In this document: in pieces, positions 11,845 through 42,756 of the stretch
Numbering within the stretch: position 1 is the first letter of the stretch
How the letters are laid out: each line of letters opens with the position of its first letter
DNA from: Catajapyx aquilonaris
Lineage: Eukaryota
Assembly (NCBI GenBank): GCA_000934665.2
Contig: JYFJ02003342.1
Location: forward strand, 1-43,163
DNA: 43,163 nt
Direction of reading: 5' to 3'
Position numbers and translations under genes: made by a program
Notes under the pieces: generated by a model
Told to the model about the DNA's origin: nothing
The model's input: the letters and a program-made list of their open reading frames with translations, nothing else
Database searches by the model: none

Positions 11845-12259
11845 CTATCGGGTTCAAATACTTTTGGCAACTTTATCCTGGTCTTGAAGCAACCCTTCGC
11901 ACAGACCCCACGTTAAGGAGGTGTGTGTGTGTGTGGACGCGTCTTGCTATCCTTGTGAGGGATTTTGTCATTACGAGGTAGTTTTCCTGTACCTCACTGA
12001 ACACACGCCTCACAAGGATAGGGTAAAATCGAAACAATACCTCAAAAAAACAGTAAAAATATATTTCACCAAAATTTCGTGTGTTTCCTTGTAGGTTAGG
12101 TTAGGTTTGGTTAGTTTTGGTTAGTTTTGGTTAGTTTTAAAATTTAAAATTTGGAAAAACCTCACAAGGATAGGAATGCGCGCCTGCTCTGTGTGTGTGT
12201 GTGAAGGGTTATTGCTTCAAGACCAAGATAAAGTGGCCAAAAGTATTTGAACCCTATAG
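11845..12259. mobile_element. Tc1/mariner-type MITE family C (TA TSD) carrying a nested insertion
   Basis: TIRs of about 50 bp (CTATCGGGTTCAAATACTTTTGG.../...CCAAAAGTATTTGAACCCTATAG) flanked by TA. The left arm recurs at 34453. Confidence 0.85.
11936..12189. mobile_element. Nested element flanked by (TG)n, with subterminal inverted repeats and TTAGG-like repeats
   Basis: (GT)n at 11921-11935 and 12190-12203. CTATCCTTGTGAGG (11947-11960) has inverse copies at 12008-12021 and 12160-12173. TAGGTTAGGTTAGGTTTGGTTAG... at 12092-12138. Confidence 0.7.
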
Positions 12260-14262
12260 TACACCCTGTACGTATTTGTGCAGTGACTTGGAAGAAAAGG
12301 TTGGATTCATCAGAATCACAAAACGTAATGTCACAGTTTATTTCTGAATAAGAAACAGTACATAATGTAACAAAAAGGTTTTATTATCCACCCCACTTAA
12401 CGATTTTGAATGCATATTAAGCACTCCAAAATTTGTTATAACACATGCTCCACTGATTTTTCTTAATCAGTGCTTGACCAGGTGTCGGATTATAATCTAA
12501 ATTAAAGCTACAATCCATGCAGTAAAACGTATCATAATATTTTGCCATTTCCATACCAGTTTTGTTTTTGGAAAAATAAAATTCCCAGACGAGAGGTGGA
12601 ACATTCGCACAAAAATCGTACTAAATTCACCCAAGAATTCCTCTGATTTATATGGGGGATTCACCCTTTAAAAGGATTAGATTTACCTGCCCAAGGTTCA
12701 TCCGATTGTCCGACCCCGATTGTTCCGTACTATTCCAGGATAATCTTTGAACTATTGATATATTTTAACACTTCGGAGAGGAGAGGAGAGTTACGTAAAT
12801 ATATAATTATATACGTAGCATATTTCTGCATTATATGTTCAGAATGAAGCAGTAGTATTCTTTTAGAGCACCTCCGGTGAAAGGGGAACAAAAATGTCGA
12901 GTGGTAGGGATTCGGTTTCAGGCAGCCAACTCTGACTTGTGGCCCCTCGCGCTACATGTGTGCAAGAATCTCAAATGCACACCACAATGACCGAACAATC
13001 GTGTTGCGTGATGACAGAGTTCGTGTTCCACCAAAGTAATTCACTATTTCTCTCCTTGTCCATAGCCTTGCCAGTGAAAATTACCAGCGAGAAACACCGC
13101 AATGTGGCGTGGCAAATGGATTTTCCATGTTTGTTTATTCAGTTGGAACTGGAAGTGTTTGCCATTTTTCCCTATTTCGCTTCCAAGAACTTGAAACCAG
13201 TCTCTGGTGTGTTAATACTGACAGATGCTGTTAGTCCTGTATATGCGACATGTATCTTTCCCAACAAGATATTATGAGTAAATTCGGTACTCAAAAATAT
13301 AAACGCAAGTTGAAATGTTTGCGAGGTTGCCACGAGCCAATGTCAAGTCCAAACTACCGGACCCATATACACTGTATATTACCACGTTAACGCGACAAAA
13401 GTGTCCATAGCAAGTTGCTCAACTCGCAGGCACACCAGGTCGATTCAGGTACACACAATAATATACTGTAATATGCTTCAAAAGCTGTTATCCTTCCCAC
13501 ATCAGAGCAACTGGATACCTGCTTTGCCCCGTTCCATTATAGCCCACACATTATGAATGCATACACATCAGAATGCGCATGTACTGTTGCCTAGTGACTT
13601 GCACTGGTCACAAAACGTACAGGACGACTCTTACATAATCCCGAGTTATTGAAACTATGTGCTTGCATGCTGCTGTCGTATCATGTTGACAGACGATAAT
13701 GGACCATTATGTAACATATAGCCCGACTAAAATATTTTATTCTGACCACTCTCTTCATTTTGAAGACAGGTGTGACATACACCCTGTTTGACCCACCAAA
13801 TTAACCGTCCTGTTAAATATGAGCCCTCTTCCACTTCCGGCAATGGTATCGATCAGAGGCTGCGATTTTGGTACTCCCCCCCCCCATGAACCCCTCCCCG
13901 AACCTATCCTCCTACCCACCCACTCACCAGCATGCATGACCCACACCCCGTTCCAAATGGCAACAGCGCCAATAACCCATAGTGCGCAAAGCATCCTGGC
14001 GCAGCGCCTATCGACTTCTGAAAAGGCTTTTTCCACGGGGTCGCGCTTGGAGAGAGGCCGCAGTGCCGGGAGATTGATTCCTGGGGGTGTCCCCACCCCG
14101 GTCGCTCCTTCGTCCATTGTCGTGGGGCTGGAGGGCTTCATTATTGTCGTGCCGGGATTCCCCTGCCACCTTGGGGCTAGGGGAAGAGCCAGGATGTCCC
14201 CGAGATCAACAGTGTGACCCGAGTGGTGGGATGGTGTGGGTCGTGAGTGGGTCATTGCCATC

Positions 14263-30981
<16,719 letters not shown>

Positions 30982-33900
30982 GTAAAGACTGTTGCCAATT
31001 TGGACATTTCTGTGTACCACTTAGCATGCAAAAAAAAAAAATCCGTAAATGCCACGACGTAGATCATAGTTGAACTCATATGAAATATATTTCGCCGAAG
31101 ACTAATTTGCATCTGAATTTCTTAGCTGCTAATTTGTAGCCTAGGCGTGAGAATTTTTATAGGCCTACACAGGTAATACATTCAAAAACTAGTGTTCGCC
31201 CGAGGATCCGAGACTGTACTACATTATGAAAATGCCGGAGAATTATAATCATCTGCTGTATGTTCTATTAATAACCTGCATCGATTTCCATCCTTCGACA
31301 TTGACGAGGTTAAAGTAATCCCGCACAAAGTTTTCTCATGGTTCGTCGAATATTGCATAAAACATTCGATTTCATGCGTCGGATATTGCAATTAGTGCTT
31401 TTAACGGAAGATAGTCAAATCGAGTTAAAACAGCGACAATTCATGTAACAAGTATACAACGGTTCCATTTTTGTGTCTAAATCACTTTATGAAATGAAAT
31501 ATTCTGAACAGTATACAAGGCGAGCAAAGCATAAGTAAACTACTAGATCGTAGTTTAATTACCAATAGAGATGGCATGGAGATAGAGCACGCAGACAACA
31601 CTGCGGTCTAATGCATATACACTATATGACCTTGCCTGTAGGTAGGGACATCAGCACGCAGCTTTTGAAATCATTACACACTACTAAAGATAATTGAACA
31701 TTTTAGCCGTGCCAGGTTGATTGGCGGCTCTAATGGTCGATTATAGGCAAGGATGGAAGAATACCTGGACTCATCTGATGTCCCCACAACTGCAATCATG
31801 ATGGATTGTCATGATGTCGGAAAGTTGATCTGGAAACACTGTCAGGGGCCTGCTCATAGTTTATTTACGTTGACAGCCCATTTCATCTAAAATAGGCTAG
31901 TACCATCAGCGCAGAGTATACACTCTGCTGTAACTATTGCATGATGTATATGCTGCGTATAACATGGAAACGCCATAAGAGTATCTCTATTAGTTACCCG
32001 CTGGCTGCATGCAGATGACAGAATCACAATACCGTTGTCATCACAAAGTGGAATATTGTTTTTTTTACATGTGCAGATCACTTATTATGTATTTTACAAT
32101 ACTGTTGTTACACTGTCTTATGTCGTATGATTGTACCTTATTCGTATCAGTACTGCAGAGTGTCTGCAGCATTTTGTGACAAGGTATAGTACATTGGCCT
32201 GATGTTTACGAGATGTGGATGGCGGATGCACGTATTTTCCTATATTTTTTTTACAGTAGAGTAGTCTCTATACTGAATAGAAGGAAATTACTGCACCCAA
32301 ACAACCCCAATCAACAAATGACGGAAACTGGACTCTATCCTCTTATCAACACGTGTCAAATAAAAGCACCCGGATGACTGGCTACAGCTACCAAATTACC
32401 CTATTCATGTTGGCAGAGGGATCAAATTATATTTGCATGCAATTTACTTCTTATTTGAACTTTGCAACTACAAGCGCATGAATGTTTGTACGAAGTTCAC
32501 TCACCGTCCCGGAAATGTTGAGATCCTAAAAAAAGAACTATTGAATTCGACGTCTCCCGGCAAAAATTCTCCAAAGAAAAACATCCCCCACCTCAATTCG
32601 CACCTCTCAATCACATCATATTTTCATCTACCACGTACTGAGTGCTATCAGGTGCTATATAAAGCTTTTTCAGTCCCTTAATTAGCTTACTTCTCAAACT
32701 AGGTTATTTCAGGACGAAACCAAACTTCATGCTATATAGATGAGCTCTCTATACATAATACGACTCTTGGAGATCACTTCCGGGTCTATAATACACTAAA
32801 GGCACAGATATCGCCCACACCCCTCAACCTAAAAAAAAAATCCGATAATGATAATGAAAGTGGAGTTGACAATTCCAGAAGGCAGATGAAGTCAAAAGTA
32901 GGGTAATAGCTACTTTCGTTCTGATGGAGATCAGATTAGAACAAATGATACTAAAAGCTCACCTCTGTTACCCACACTGATTCAATATGCAACGAACAGC
33001 ATGGCTTCCGACAGAAAAAAGAGCGATATTTATACTCCATTGCCTTTCGCCTACGCATCTGATAGAATCCATTAGATATAGTCTTCTCTAGAGCCACGAC
33101 CTGTCATGCCTTTCCTGTTTCTATATCGATCTATCTATTTTTGGTACTGAAGTGACATCTGTATACTGCATTATAAAGTACGTGTATTTTTGTGTCTATT
33201 GACATCGAACATCTGTTTGTACAGTGTACAGGTACACTTAAGCGGATTCCTTTTGAATAAAGCTGCTTATTGAACGTAAGCATTTTAAGTGAACAAAAGT
33301 GCCTGCTTGAAGTGGCTATAAACGTTTCAATGTTGGTTATTGCCAATGGCAATTTTTGAGTTGAAGTTTTAGGCTGCGGTGGGCCTTTTGATGCTCAAAT
33401 GAAAAACAAATTTGCGTCAGAGTGCTTCAATTTGCAGTGAGTAGGTGGATGGATGGATGGATGGTGATGTGAAAGTACATCTAATGGCTCCTGATTCGTT
33501 GCAAACTTTTTGGAGGTTGTGCCTGATTTTGCAAAAAAATTTCCTGCCTCTTTTTAGAGTGTGATGTGCAGGTTGTAATAATGTATCAAAAAGCAGGTAA
33601 AATGAAACACTGACAATAATTAGAAACATCAAACGTTAATGAGACAACATCCACGCACGGATTCATGGCTACAAAGGTACATGCTGTAAATTGTCCCACT
33701 TTTTAAAAATCAAATGACATTCATAATTAGGTTTCAAAATGTGATCCTAGACACATTTATTTAGCAGCAAAATCCAGCACTGAGAGTTTAACCACAGAGT
33801 GTCACATAAAATGTACATGAATAATCTAAAGCAAATTGTATCTTAATAATGTTGAAAGTGCTCCATACTTTTGTTTTTGCTTTGGTAGTATCAAGGAGAT

Positions 33901-34452
33901 GTGGGCAATGCAGGCTGCGGGGTTTGTGACATCGATTAGAAGATCTAGATTTCACCCGCATTTTCACATGAAGTTTCATAAACTTTATGGCGCTTCCTAA
34001 TATTAGTTATGTTACAAGAACCGTATTTGTCAGACTCGAAGTGTGCTTTGCATTAACCGAACCAACGACTCTAGAGATTTTTTGAATACACCTGTGGCAT
34101 CAGGAACAGTATACACATCTTATAGCAATGCACGCATATTGTCAGTAATGCATAAACACGGAACTTGCTGACATAAAACCTCGCACCTGATGCTACGGCC
34201 TTGTCATAAAACATTTCTTACGGCGTGACATTATGCGGAACTGAAAACGAGAGAGTATGTTTAAATATCTAGTATTTTTTCATTGGCAACACGCAGATAC
34301 TATCGCCTGGTGAAGATTCATAATGAGCGAGCAAGCGAAGATTTTCTGTGTTCATTAGCTTGTAAACAAATGAAATGTCAAATATTTGCGCTGGATTATT
34401 TTGAAACTAGTTTTTGGACTTACTGATTTCTTCTGCATGCCCACGATATGTA

Positions 34453-34533
34453 CTATCGGGTTCAATTAGTTCCGGCCACTTTATCCTGGTCTTGAAGCAA
34501 CCCTTCGCACAGGCCCCACGGTAAGGAGGTGTG
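34453..34533 (+). mobile_element. Left end of a family C Tc1/mariner-type element (no right TIR seen)
   Basis: About 80-bp close match to 11845-11925, preceded by TA. Confidence 0.75.
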
Positions 34534-36950
34534 CCTGTTTTCAATAAGCTGTAGGACCGGAAGTAGTTGTTTTTACTGTAACTGCACAGTAATTTTCAAA
34601 CGTAATTGCAAGAAAAATATGGGAACTATCATGATCAGCAGGTAATACTGCTAAGCAACAACACGCAATAGCATAAAATTCTTCACCTGTTCACAAGCGG
34701 GAAGGCTTGTTTACCCAATTGCGAGTTAAGTTCCCTCACTCGACACGAGATGGAGAGGGTCACGCCCCGCCAACTTGCCACATCATCACTCTCGCCATCT
34801 CGTGCAGAGCCCTGAACCGATCAAATTTCGCATCCACAATCATGATCCCTTCTGACAAGGCTTTCAGTCAACATGAGCCTCGCTTACATAATATCCTGCC
34901 AGGCCTCAAATCTGACACATGCAGTCCACCAGTCCTTCCGATACTGAATTTCTATTGACGCATCAGCGTACGTCATACATCCGTCCGTACTGCAGCCGCC
35001 CCTTCATTCCAACGTATTGTCTAAATGTTGGAAACTAATTAAAGATGTCCAAACTGCATGAAATGGACCTACAGATGTAATATCCGGCGAGTGTTGATCT
35101 GCGGATGGCAGCAGATGACTATCTTGTCGTGGGAGGGTAGTCAACTAGTCATCGATCTAGGCTAGATGCTGATGAGACAACAAAAGTCAAGGGTGGCCTG
35201 AAAGACGAGGCAGAAAATTAATAATATTCCTAGGATCTGCAGCCTCATTAGCTTCATTTTGTTTGTGCCACAGAATTATCTCAACTTCTATAGTGAGCCT
35301 ATAGATAAAAAAAATGGGAGGAAAAAAGATTGCGAAAAGCACTATGAAGAATGGCGAGGTTAATTCGAAGAGTATACCTCCGGAGGGGGCTGCTTGATAC
35401 AGTGCATTGTGGGTGATGCAGACAGTCTGTTCTTTTTATCCAAATGAAAGTCTCGGGTGGCATTTATGCTGGTGGGCAAAAACAGAGGATTTTCCGGCTG
35501 ACAACAAGGTTGTTGCGTAAACTCATGGCTGAGCTATACCTATAGCTTCTTATGACGTAAATGGTAGCTTATTTTTTTCTGGAATATAATTATGATGACC
35601 AACAATTGATGAGAGCGAAAGCAAAAAAATAGCCATAAAAGGTCGATTGGAGTTATTTCGGTGTTCTGTGTCCTGTATAATTTTTTCTAGAATTTGATAC
35701 AGCATTTTATAAAATCACAACCGGTGTTTTTCCCAGCAAAGTTTATTTTAGCGTGCAACTCCAAACTAAGTCATAAAATTTGTAGATTTTTCTTTTTTTT
35801 GCGACAGACTGCGTGATGCATGTTGGCAGTGTCGCCAGAGTAGCACGGAATTACGGAAAAGGGGACCTTCATTCACAGCTGCAAATGTTCCGGAAAAGCG
35901 GTTTGGACAATTCCGGAAGAAGTGGGCCCAGCATGGGCGTACCCTGTAAAGTCGTTCGCAGACGTGAATAATGAACAAACCTGTCTTTGGGATAGATCTA
36001 CTCTTATACACGTTGAGGCTTCACTGTGAGTTTGAGGGTAGGGTTGGGTCTGGAAACACTTATCGATCAACAGTGTCGCTGCCACACTTCTATTTTCCTT
36101 TTTGCTAGGGCTGTATTCAGCTGGGATTTGGACTATTTTCAGCCATTGCATTGGGCAGGTGTTGGCTCACATATTGCTTACCTGTTGATAATAATGAATA
36201 TTGAAAGTGGACCACATTTTATGGTACCGGTACAGTCATGAATATTTTTGAATCGTATTTCAGGTGCAAAAATATTTGTTAACGTACTGTAGTTTTGAAA
36301 GCAAATCTATTTTTTAAAAAATATTGGAGGGGATGCGACACCCCTGCAGTTATTAGTTATTAGTTGAACCACCTATCTGTACTGTACTGTACAGTAAGCT
36401 ATATCACGGGCAGTCATATCAACCTTGACCCTCATCATTTCCCCTACAGCATAACAACCTTATGATGGGCCTCAGAGCTAAACTTGGTTCCTCGCAGCGT
36501 ATATACTGATGACCATATTGATTTCAACCCACGCTGCATAGGTTTAGTACGCTGGCATTGATGTTTGAAATGGTCCCTAATGTGTTTCAAGTTATTTTAA
36601 GGCTGGTGCTACACATAGAACAATGGGGAACAATGGGCATACAGTGCCTCGTGCAAAGTATAATTGCTGCATTTTAAATGATAAACCGTATATTTGGACT
36701 GTCATTTCGAAGAATATTGGTACAATTGTATGATACACATATCATGGTAATATTCACATACAGTCTCATTTTTAGAGGGTATCAGCTACAGTATATCATT
36801 AGACCACCTTCTCATTTATGTTGTTCATATATGAATTCTGCTTAATTATTTTGCTGTTTCGTCGTTGCTTGGTCATGATTGGTATACTGCTCAGTACATA
36901 CACTATACTTGTACTACATGTAGCGATGTAGGCCTACACATATGTCTATA

Positions 36951-37382
36951 CAGGGTGATTCCGTTAACTTTGGCAAAAATCACAGGGTGGGTAGAGGACT
37001 CGAGGCCCCCTAGGCAAGTATTTTGAGCTTCGGTACCCATGTCCGGAAATGCTCTCGTACGGGGGTACGGCCGTTTCCACCTTTGGTCTGTTGCGCCTGG
37101 TGGGTAGGCAACCCACCGTACTCGAAACTGGCGTTCATCAGGTGTGTCGCGTGTGGAGGAGACGAAGGTGAAAACAATTGCGAGTGTCAAGTGCAAAACC
37201 TGATGAACGCAACCTTCGAGTACGGTGGGTTGCTTACCCACCAGGCGCAACATACTAAAGGTGGAAACGGCCGTACCCCCGTACGGGGGCATTTCCGGAC
37301 ATGTGTACCGAAGCTCAAAATACTTGCCTATGGGGCCTCTACCCACCCTGTGATTTTTGCCAAAGTTACCGGAATCACCCTG
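36951..37382. mobile_element. Foldback MITE with CAGGGTG termini and TA TSD (mariner-type)
   Basis: TA|CAGGGTGATTCCG...CGGAATCACCCTG|TA, near-perfect arms of about 185-190 bp and a spacer of about 55 bp. Confidence 0.92.
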
Positions 37383-37743
37383 TATTTCCGCGTCATTGAT
37401 AATAATACAGTAATTAAGTACCGGTATCATCTTTTGACGTTTATTGATTTTGATCGTTCAAACGTTGTTTTAAACTATGTTATGTATAGTGTATGCAAAT
37501 ATTAGTGTCTGTCTAGAATGTTTGGAACATGCAGATCCGATGTGCAGCGGCTGCACAGTATGTATAATGTCGTATAAATTAAAAATATTGTGATAGCGTA
37601 CAGTTTCTTGCTGTCATTGAAATTGCACTGACAACCACGTTTGAATCTGGATATAGATCATGAATGTAGGTCTATATGATATTAATAGCAACCATCGTTG
37701 CTTGTTGCTTTTCTCTTACGACACCCAGTTTATTGGCTCTTAT

Positions 37744-38079
37744 AGGGGTCGTCCATAAAGTACCTTAAGCTGATAAGGGGTAGAGGGAGGTTATGGTCAA
37801 GCAGCAATCACTCTCATCGAGAGTGGTCAGAAAACAAAGGTATAGTCTATTATTATTTAGTGAAAGTACAATTTATCAACAAAAAAAAATGAATGTGTCT
37901 AGACGTTCACGTTCTGGCAAAGCGCAACATCTCCGGTCCCCTAACCCTTCCAAATTCTCCCAGAACTCAATAATTTTTGTTGGGTGGGGGCAGGGAGGGG
38001 GCGGATTCCATAACCGCGTCACATGGGGGTGGGGCTAAATATCCGAAAATCATCGTGACGTACTTTATGGACGACTCCT
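37744..38079. mobile_element. PIF/Harbinger-like MITE with 3-bp AT-rich TSD
   Basis: TAT|AGGGGTCGTCCATAAAGTAC...GTACTTTATGGACGACTCCT|TAT with G-rich subterminal tracts. Confidence 0.8.
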
Positions 38080-38242
38080 TATACCTTGTCTTTCGTGGCT
38101 TCGTGGCAGTTAGCGTGAACCTAAAACATACATTCAAATTGATTTTAAGTGATTTATGGGAGTTGCCTACCATTTTTCAGGGATCAATGTAACATTACCT
38201 TATCGATTATGTAATTAAGTGCCGTCCTAAGATTTTATACTA

Positions 38243-38344
38243 CAGTAAAACCCCTCTAAGTTGGACACTCACGGTTCCACCAAAAATGCCCAACATACAG
38301 GGGTGTCCAACATATAGGGGTGTCCAACAACAGTGGTTTTACTG
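38243..38344. mobile_element. pogo/Tigger-like mini-MITE with TA TSD
   Basis: TA|CAGTAAAACCCCTCTAAGTTGGACAC...GTGTCCAACAACAGTGGTTTTACTG|TA, with a tandem AGGGGTGTCCAACA subrepeat. Confidence 0.82.
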
Positions 38345-41300
38345 TACTGCCTTTCAGTCCGTACCAATAGGCAACTGTACCGAAAACTATATTCAGGTTA
38401 ATTATATTTTAAAAAATTCCTTGGTTTGCATACCTGCAGGATATCCTTTCAAAACTCATTGAAAACGCAGGTCATAACTCCCAATGTTAAGATTTTTGTA
38501 GATATGTGAAATACTTTTGTTCCATACAGAACTATATAAATAATAGCGTTTCACATCGATACATTCATTCACACTGTTGTTGCGTCTCGGATAAAACGTC
38601 ATAGTGTTGGACCCCCTTGGGACTCTTGAAACCAAAAGAGGGAATAACAAAGTCAAGTATTAGCTCTATTTTACTGGCCCCACGAGATCAGAAAATGGCT
38701 TTTATTGTACTCTGTTGATCTGTAAAACCGTTTCCTTAGAAATGCTTTCCTTGGGCTTCTTTCTCGTACTTTCTTCAGCAGTAGAAAAATTCCTATATAT
38801 ATATACTGCCTATTGTGTTACCCGCTACAATATGGGAATATATGACAAGTTTCAGACAAAGGCGAAGGATTTGATTTAACAAGAAAAAACAGTCGAACTT
38901 ATATGGTTGCAAAGCACAAAAATAGCTACACCCACGGAAAGAATGGTTAAGTCTTCCCTCATTTCAAATACTGCCCAGAATGTTGACAGTCTACCCACAC
39001 AATGATATTATGGAAATTTAATACATTTTACTTCAACTTAAAATTTGATACGGCTTTGTCATAGCCTGTTGTGGCAGCCAAAATTATTATTAATATGTTT
39101 TTTGAAAAGCGGAATATATGAGAGAGAGAAAAAACCTGACGTCGTTTCCAATAAGGCAATAACAACTTCCCGGAAAATTCCCGTCCCCTCCAGGTGTGGG
39201 TTGTTCCTGATCAAACATGATGGTGGTTGTATAGGATCAAACAGTATAGACCCAGGGATATTAACTTCGCCTACACTGTAATTCAGGGTCAACAATCGAC
39301 GGATTTAGAACCATTCTTCATATCATTTGTCATACGCTCTCAACAGTATTGCATATCGGAAAAAAGGCGTTCACTGGCCTGTAAGAATGTAATCTTGACT
39401 AAACAAGTGAGTAATTGACATTTTCTGTCATGCGCAAATTATTGTATCAATCCATTTTCCAGCTGACTCATCACGAGTATTATTACAAGCTGTTCCACTT
39501 TTTACACAATTCATTCAAGAAACGCAGGGCTAGCTGTGTGTTCAAGATAACAGTGTAATGGTGAGGGTTCGAATACCCTTTTTATTATTAGTCTTGCTCT
39601 GTCTGTTGACAAAGAACGTGCTGGGATGAAAAGAAGGGCATTATAGCTGAAATATTACATTGAGGTCGATTTACACCTGGATTTCGGGTCGAGCGAGTCC
39701 AGTTTTGGAACCAGTATCGATCAGACCGAGTTTTGTGGGCCAGTTCCGTGACACTTGGTTCATAGTACGCTGATTCTTTGTACATGTACAGTACATGATG
39801 TGACCAGAGTCACGCTGGAACCTTTGAAATTATGGCCGATTAGTTACGCGTTGCATGGTCTATATGTCACCTTGATGTCACCCAACAACACGACTATCAA
39901 TGGATAGCACATTTCTGACATAGCTCTTGCGCTTGCGCTTTTCCGAATGGGTTATGCAACAGCAGCGACTCTGTGAAGTAATTGCAGGTATGTCTACTGG
40001 AGTGAAATGTATCATACCAGCTGCAGGCATTATCTCAGACATCATTATATCCCAGTTGCGTAACTGTCAGATACAAGCGACCTTCTTACGTGTCCTTCAC
40101 AAAATTATAGAAGCCACTAACGCAATATTCAAAGCTCGCGTTTATTACCGTGCTATATAAAACTGTAATGTAATCAGAGGTCCTTTTGTAAACAATAAAA
40201 TAGGAGAGCATACCCTACCCTTCACTTCCTATGGCCGCGACAAAGTGGTTTTTTCGTGGAGGATAATAGCATTACTAAACTTGTTATCGCATATGCACAT
40301 TCTTGATGGCAAATACTGTTCTGGTGTCTCTCTTCTGAAAAATACCAAAATTGAGTTACTGACAGTTGGTACATTGTTCCACAAGTGCATTTTAGTGCCT
40401 GTCTGTTTGTGAGTTTCCGATATGCGGTTAGGAAATGAAGTTGGCAAGCATGTTGCTATAGCTGGGGGGGGGGGGGGGNCAAACATTCCGAAAGGAAAAA
40501 CTATTTACTCGTTTAAGCGATCAGAATTATTGATCTCACATTGATCATTTCTCAGGTGGACAAACTGTTAAAAACACATTACATTTGTTTTTAAAACCAA
40601 AAAAATATTATTTGCTATCCTAAGATCTGACGAACAGCCTGCACTATTGGCCCACACGTCAAGTCAAACTTTGAGCAGCTGTGACGCACTTGAGTGACAT
40701 TTCCCAGCCAAGTTCCATCGGACTTTGTGAACATCAATGGTCCCCTCATTCCATCTCGAAACCGCATTTCATTCATGATCATCATGGTATGCTAGAACTC
40801 CGATTCGGTTCATCTCGTAATCAGGAAGCGTGACCGGAAGCTAGGGGTACAAGTTCTCCGATATGAAGTGACCCGTCAGGTGTCGGTGGGGTTTCCTCTC
40901 ACAAAAGCCTCATTCCAGGAGCGCCATTTTTTTCTCCATCCCATTCAGGCAAGCTTGGAGTGGTCTGATTGGCAGGGGTACTATTTTTCTTTTGATCCAA
41001 AGCCTTAATAAGTTTCCCCCCTGCCAAGATCAAAGTACAGGCTGAATAGGACTCCGCCATATGTAGGTTATACTCAGAAATGAAGAAAAAAAAGGTTCAT
41101 TAGTTCTATAGCTAGAAACCCACAGTCGAGACATGATATAACCACTTTTATAATGAATATGTCCTCAGTCGGGCTCCACTTTTCTGACTTCCCACAGTCA
41201 GCTCCTTTGTTCAGTCGTGCAATTACAGGATCATTTCCGTAGCGACAGTGGAATCCAGGGTGACCTGATGACGTACTGGGCACAACGGGATATGTATCAA

Positions 41301-42756
41301 GAGTATTTATGCTGAAACCAGGAATGGTATTCATGTTTTTCTTCTGATGCCCTGATTAGTTGGGAAGGGATGAAAAGCTGTTGTCCTCAGGGGGCTTCTT
41401 ACATGCCGGTACCTATAATTGCACAGTACGTCCGTGACAGGTCTGGAAGGGGGTGGAAAGACGTCAAACGACTATGGCGTGTAGTAGAGGTGGAAAACAT
41501 TCATGAAAGGTCGTCATTTGGCCATGAACTATCGATTCATCTAGTTGGAAACCGACGAGAGGTGTTAAGTAGGCCTATGGTACCGTACTGTCAGGAAGAT
41601 GGGGGGTAGGTATGGGAGAGGAACCAATTTCACGCCAAATGGGAGCTTGAAGGGAGAAAATGAGAATTCGAGATGGGTAATTCCATGCCACCTCTCATTT
41701 ACTATAGATGGCCCCGGTGAACACAGGGTGATATATACTGTGTAGAGAGCTATTGCATGCGTCACGATATCGGCAGTCATAATGACACTGTCGACGTATC
41801 GGCATATCGTGGTGGAGAAAACGCCAGCAATCAGTATATCAACACTAGTAACATTTGAAGGCAAACCTCACTCGTAACGTACGTGCCTGTGAAACTGTCA
41901 GTTACTAATTAGTATTGTAGAAAGTAATTACTAAGGCGATTAACTGTGAGATATTTTGATCTGAATGTGCAATTACACTCTCAGGCAAAGGCTGGCTAAA
42001 CTATTTCCCTTCCATTAATTGCAACTGTCATGAGCCTAGTTTAACGCTTCAACTCAGATGTTCTCTGCAAACAAAGAAAAATAGCAGCAAATTGCTCTGA
42101 ACAGTCAGGTTTTAGGTTACATCCTTCATATTAAGTTTCTTTAGTACACACTAAAGCATTACAGAACATATCACTGAAGGTTTTCTAGCTCATAATGAGA
42201 AAAGTGTCAGTTACACTGTAAGCTTTCAGCAAGGCTTTGGTTTAAGGTTCAAGCTAATCACTAAAGTGAGTTTGAGCTAATCAACAGTCATCCATACAAA
42301 AAAGTATTTAAGAAACACTTGTGACCCTAATTCTATACAGCACAGAAGTTACATCAATGCTGCTTCGGCCTTCTGGCATCTCAGAGGTAGAGAAAATAGA
42401 GAAAGTTATAATGAGCGGTGGAGTGTTTTGCCTGCCTTAGTGACAAACACTTTATGCTTTATATTAAAACCACTTATTAGCAAGTTGTTGTTGACAAGTT
42501 GCAATATGGGTATAGCTACCTCTTGCTTTATGCATAATTTTGGTGGGTGGAAAGGTGAATCAGTTTAGGTGGTAGACAGCACACAATTTATTACCAATAA
42601 ACTGTGCCATATAATAATTAGGTCAGAGCTGTTTAGGTTACTTGTAAACTGTATAACTTATGCAAGTGTTTTCATGCACTTCAATAAAGACATTTTGTCA
42701 CATGATTCAGCATTTAATATCAAATTACACTCTAACGTACACTTAACTTAGTTATA

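Noticed and set aside
11201..11916. Cluster of overlapping ORFs up to 209 aa, with similar peptides at 16561-16961
   Set aside because: They arise from GC-rich palindromic MITE family B; the mirror peptides on both strands are a by-product of the inverted repeat.
36903..37505. 175-aa and 160-aa antiparallel ORFs
   Set aside because: Both coincide with the foldback MITE at 36951-37382.
40464..40479. G15 run ending in an N
   Set aside because: Ambiguous base in a homopolymer; a sequencing or assembly artefact.
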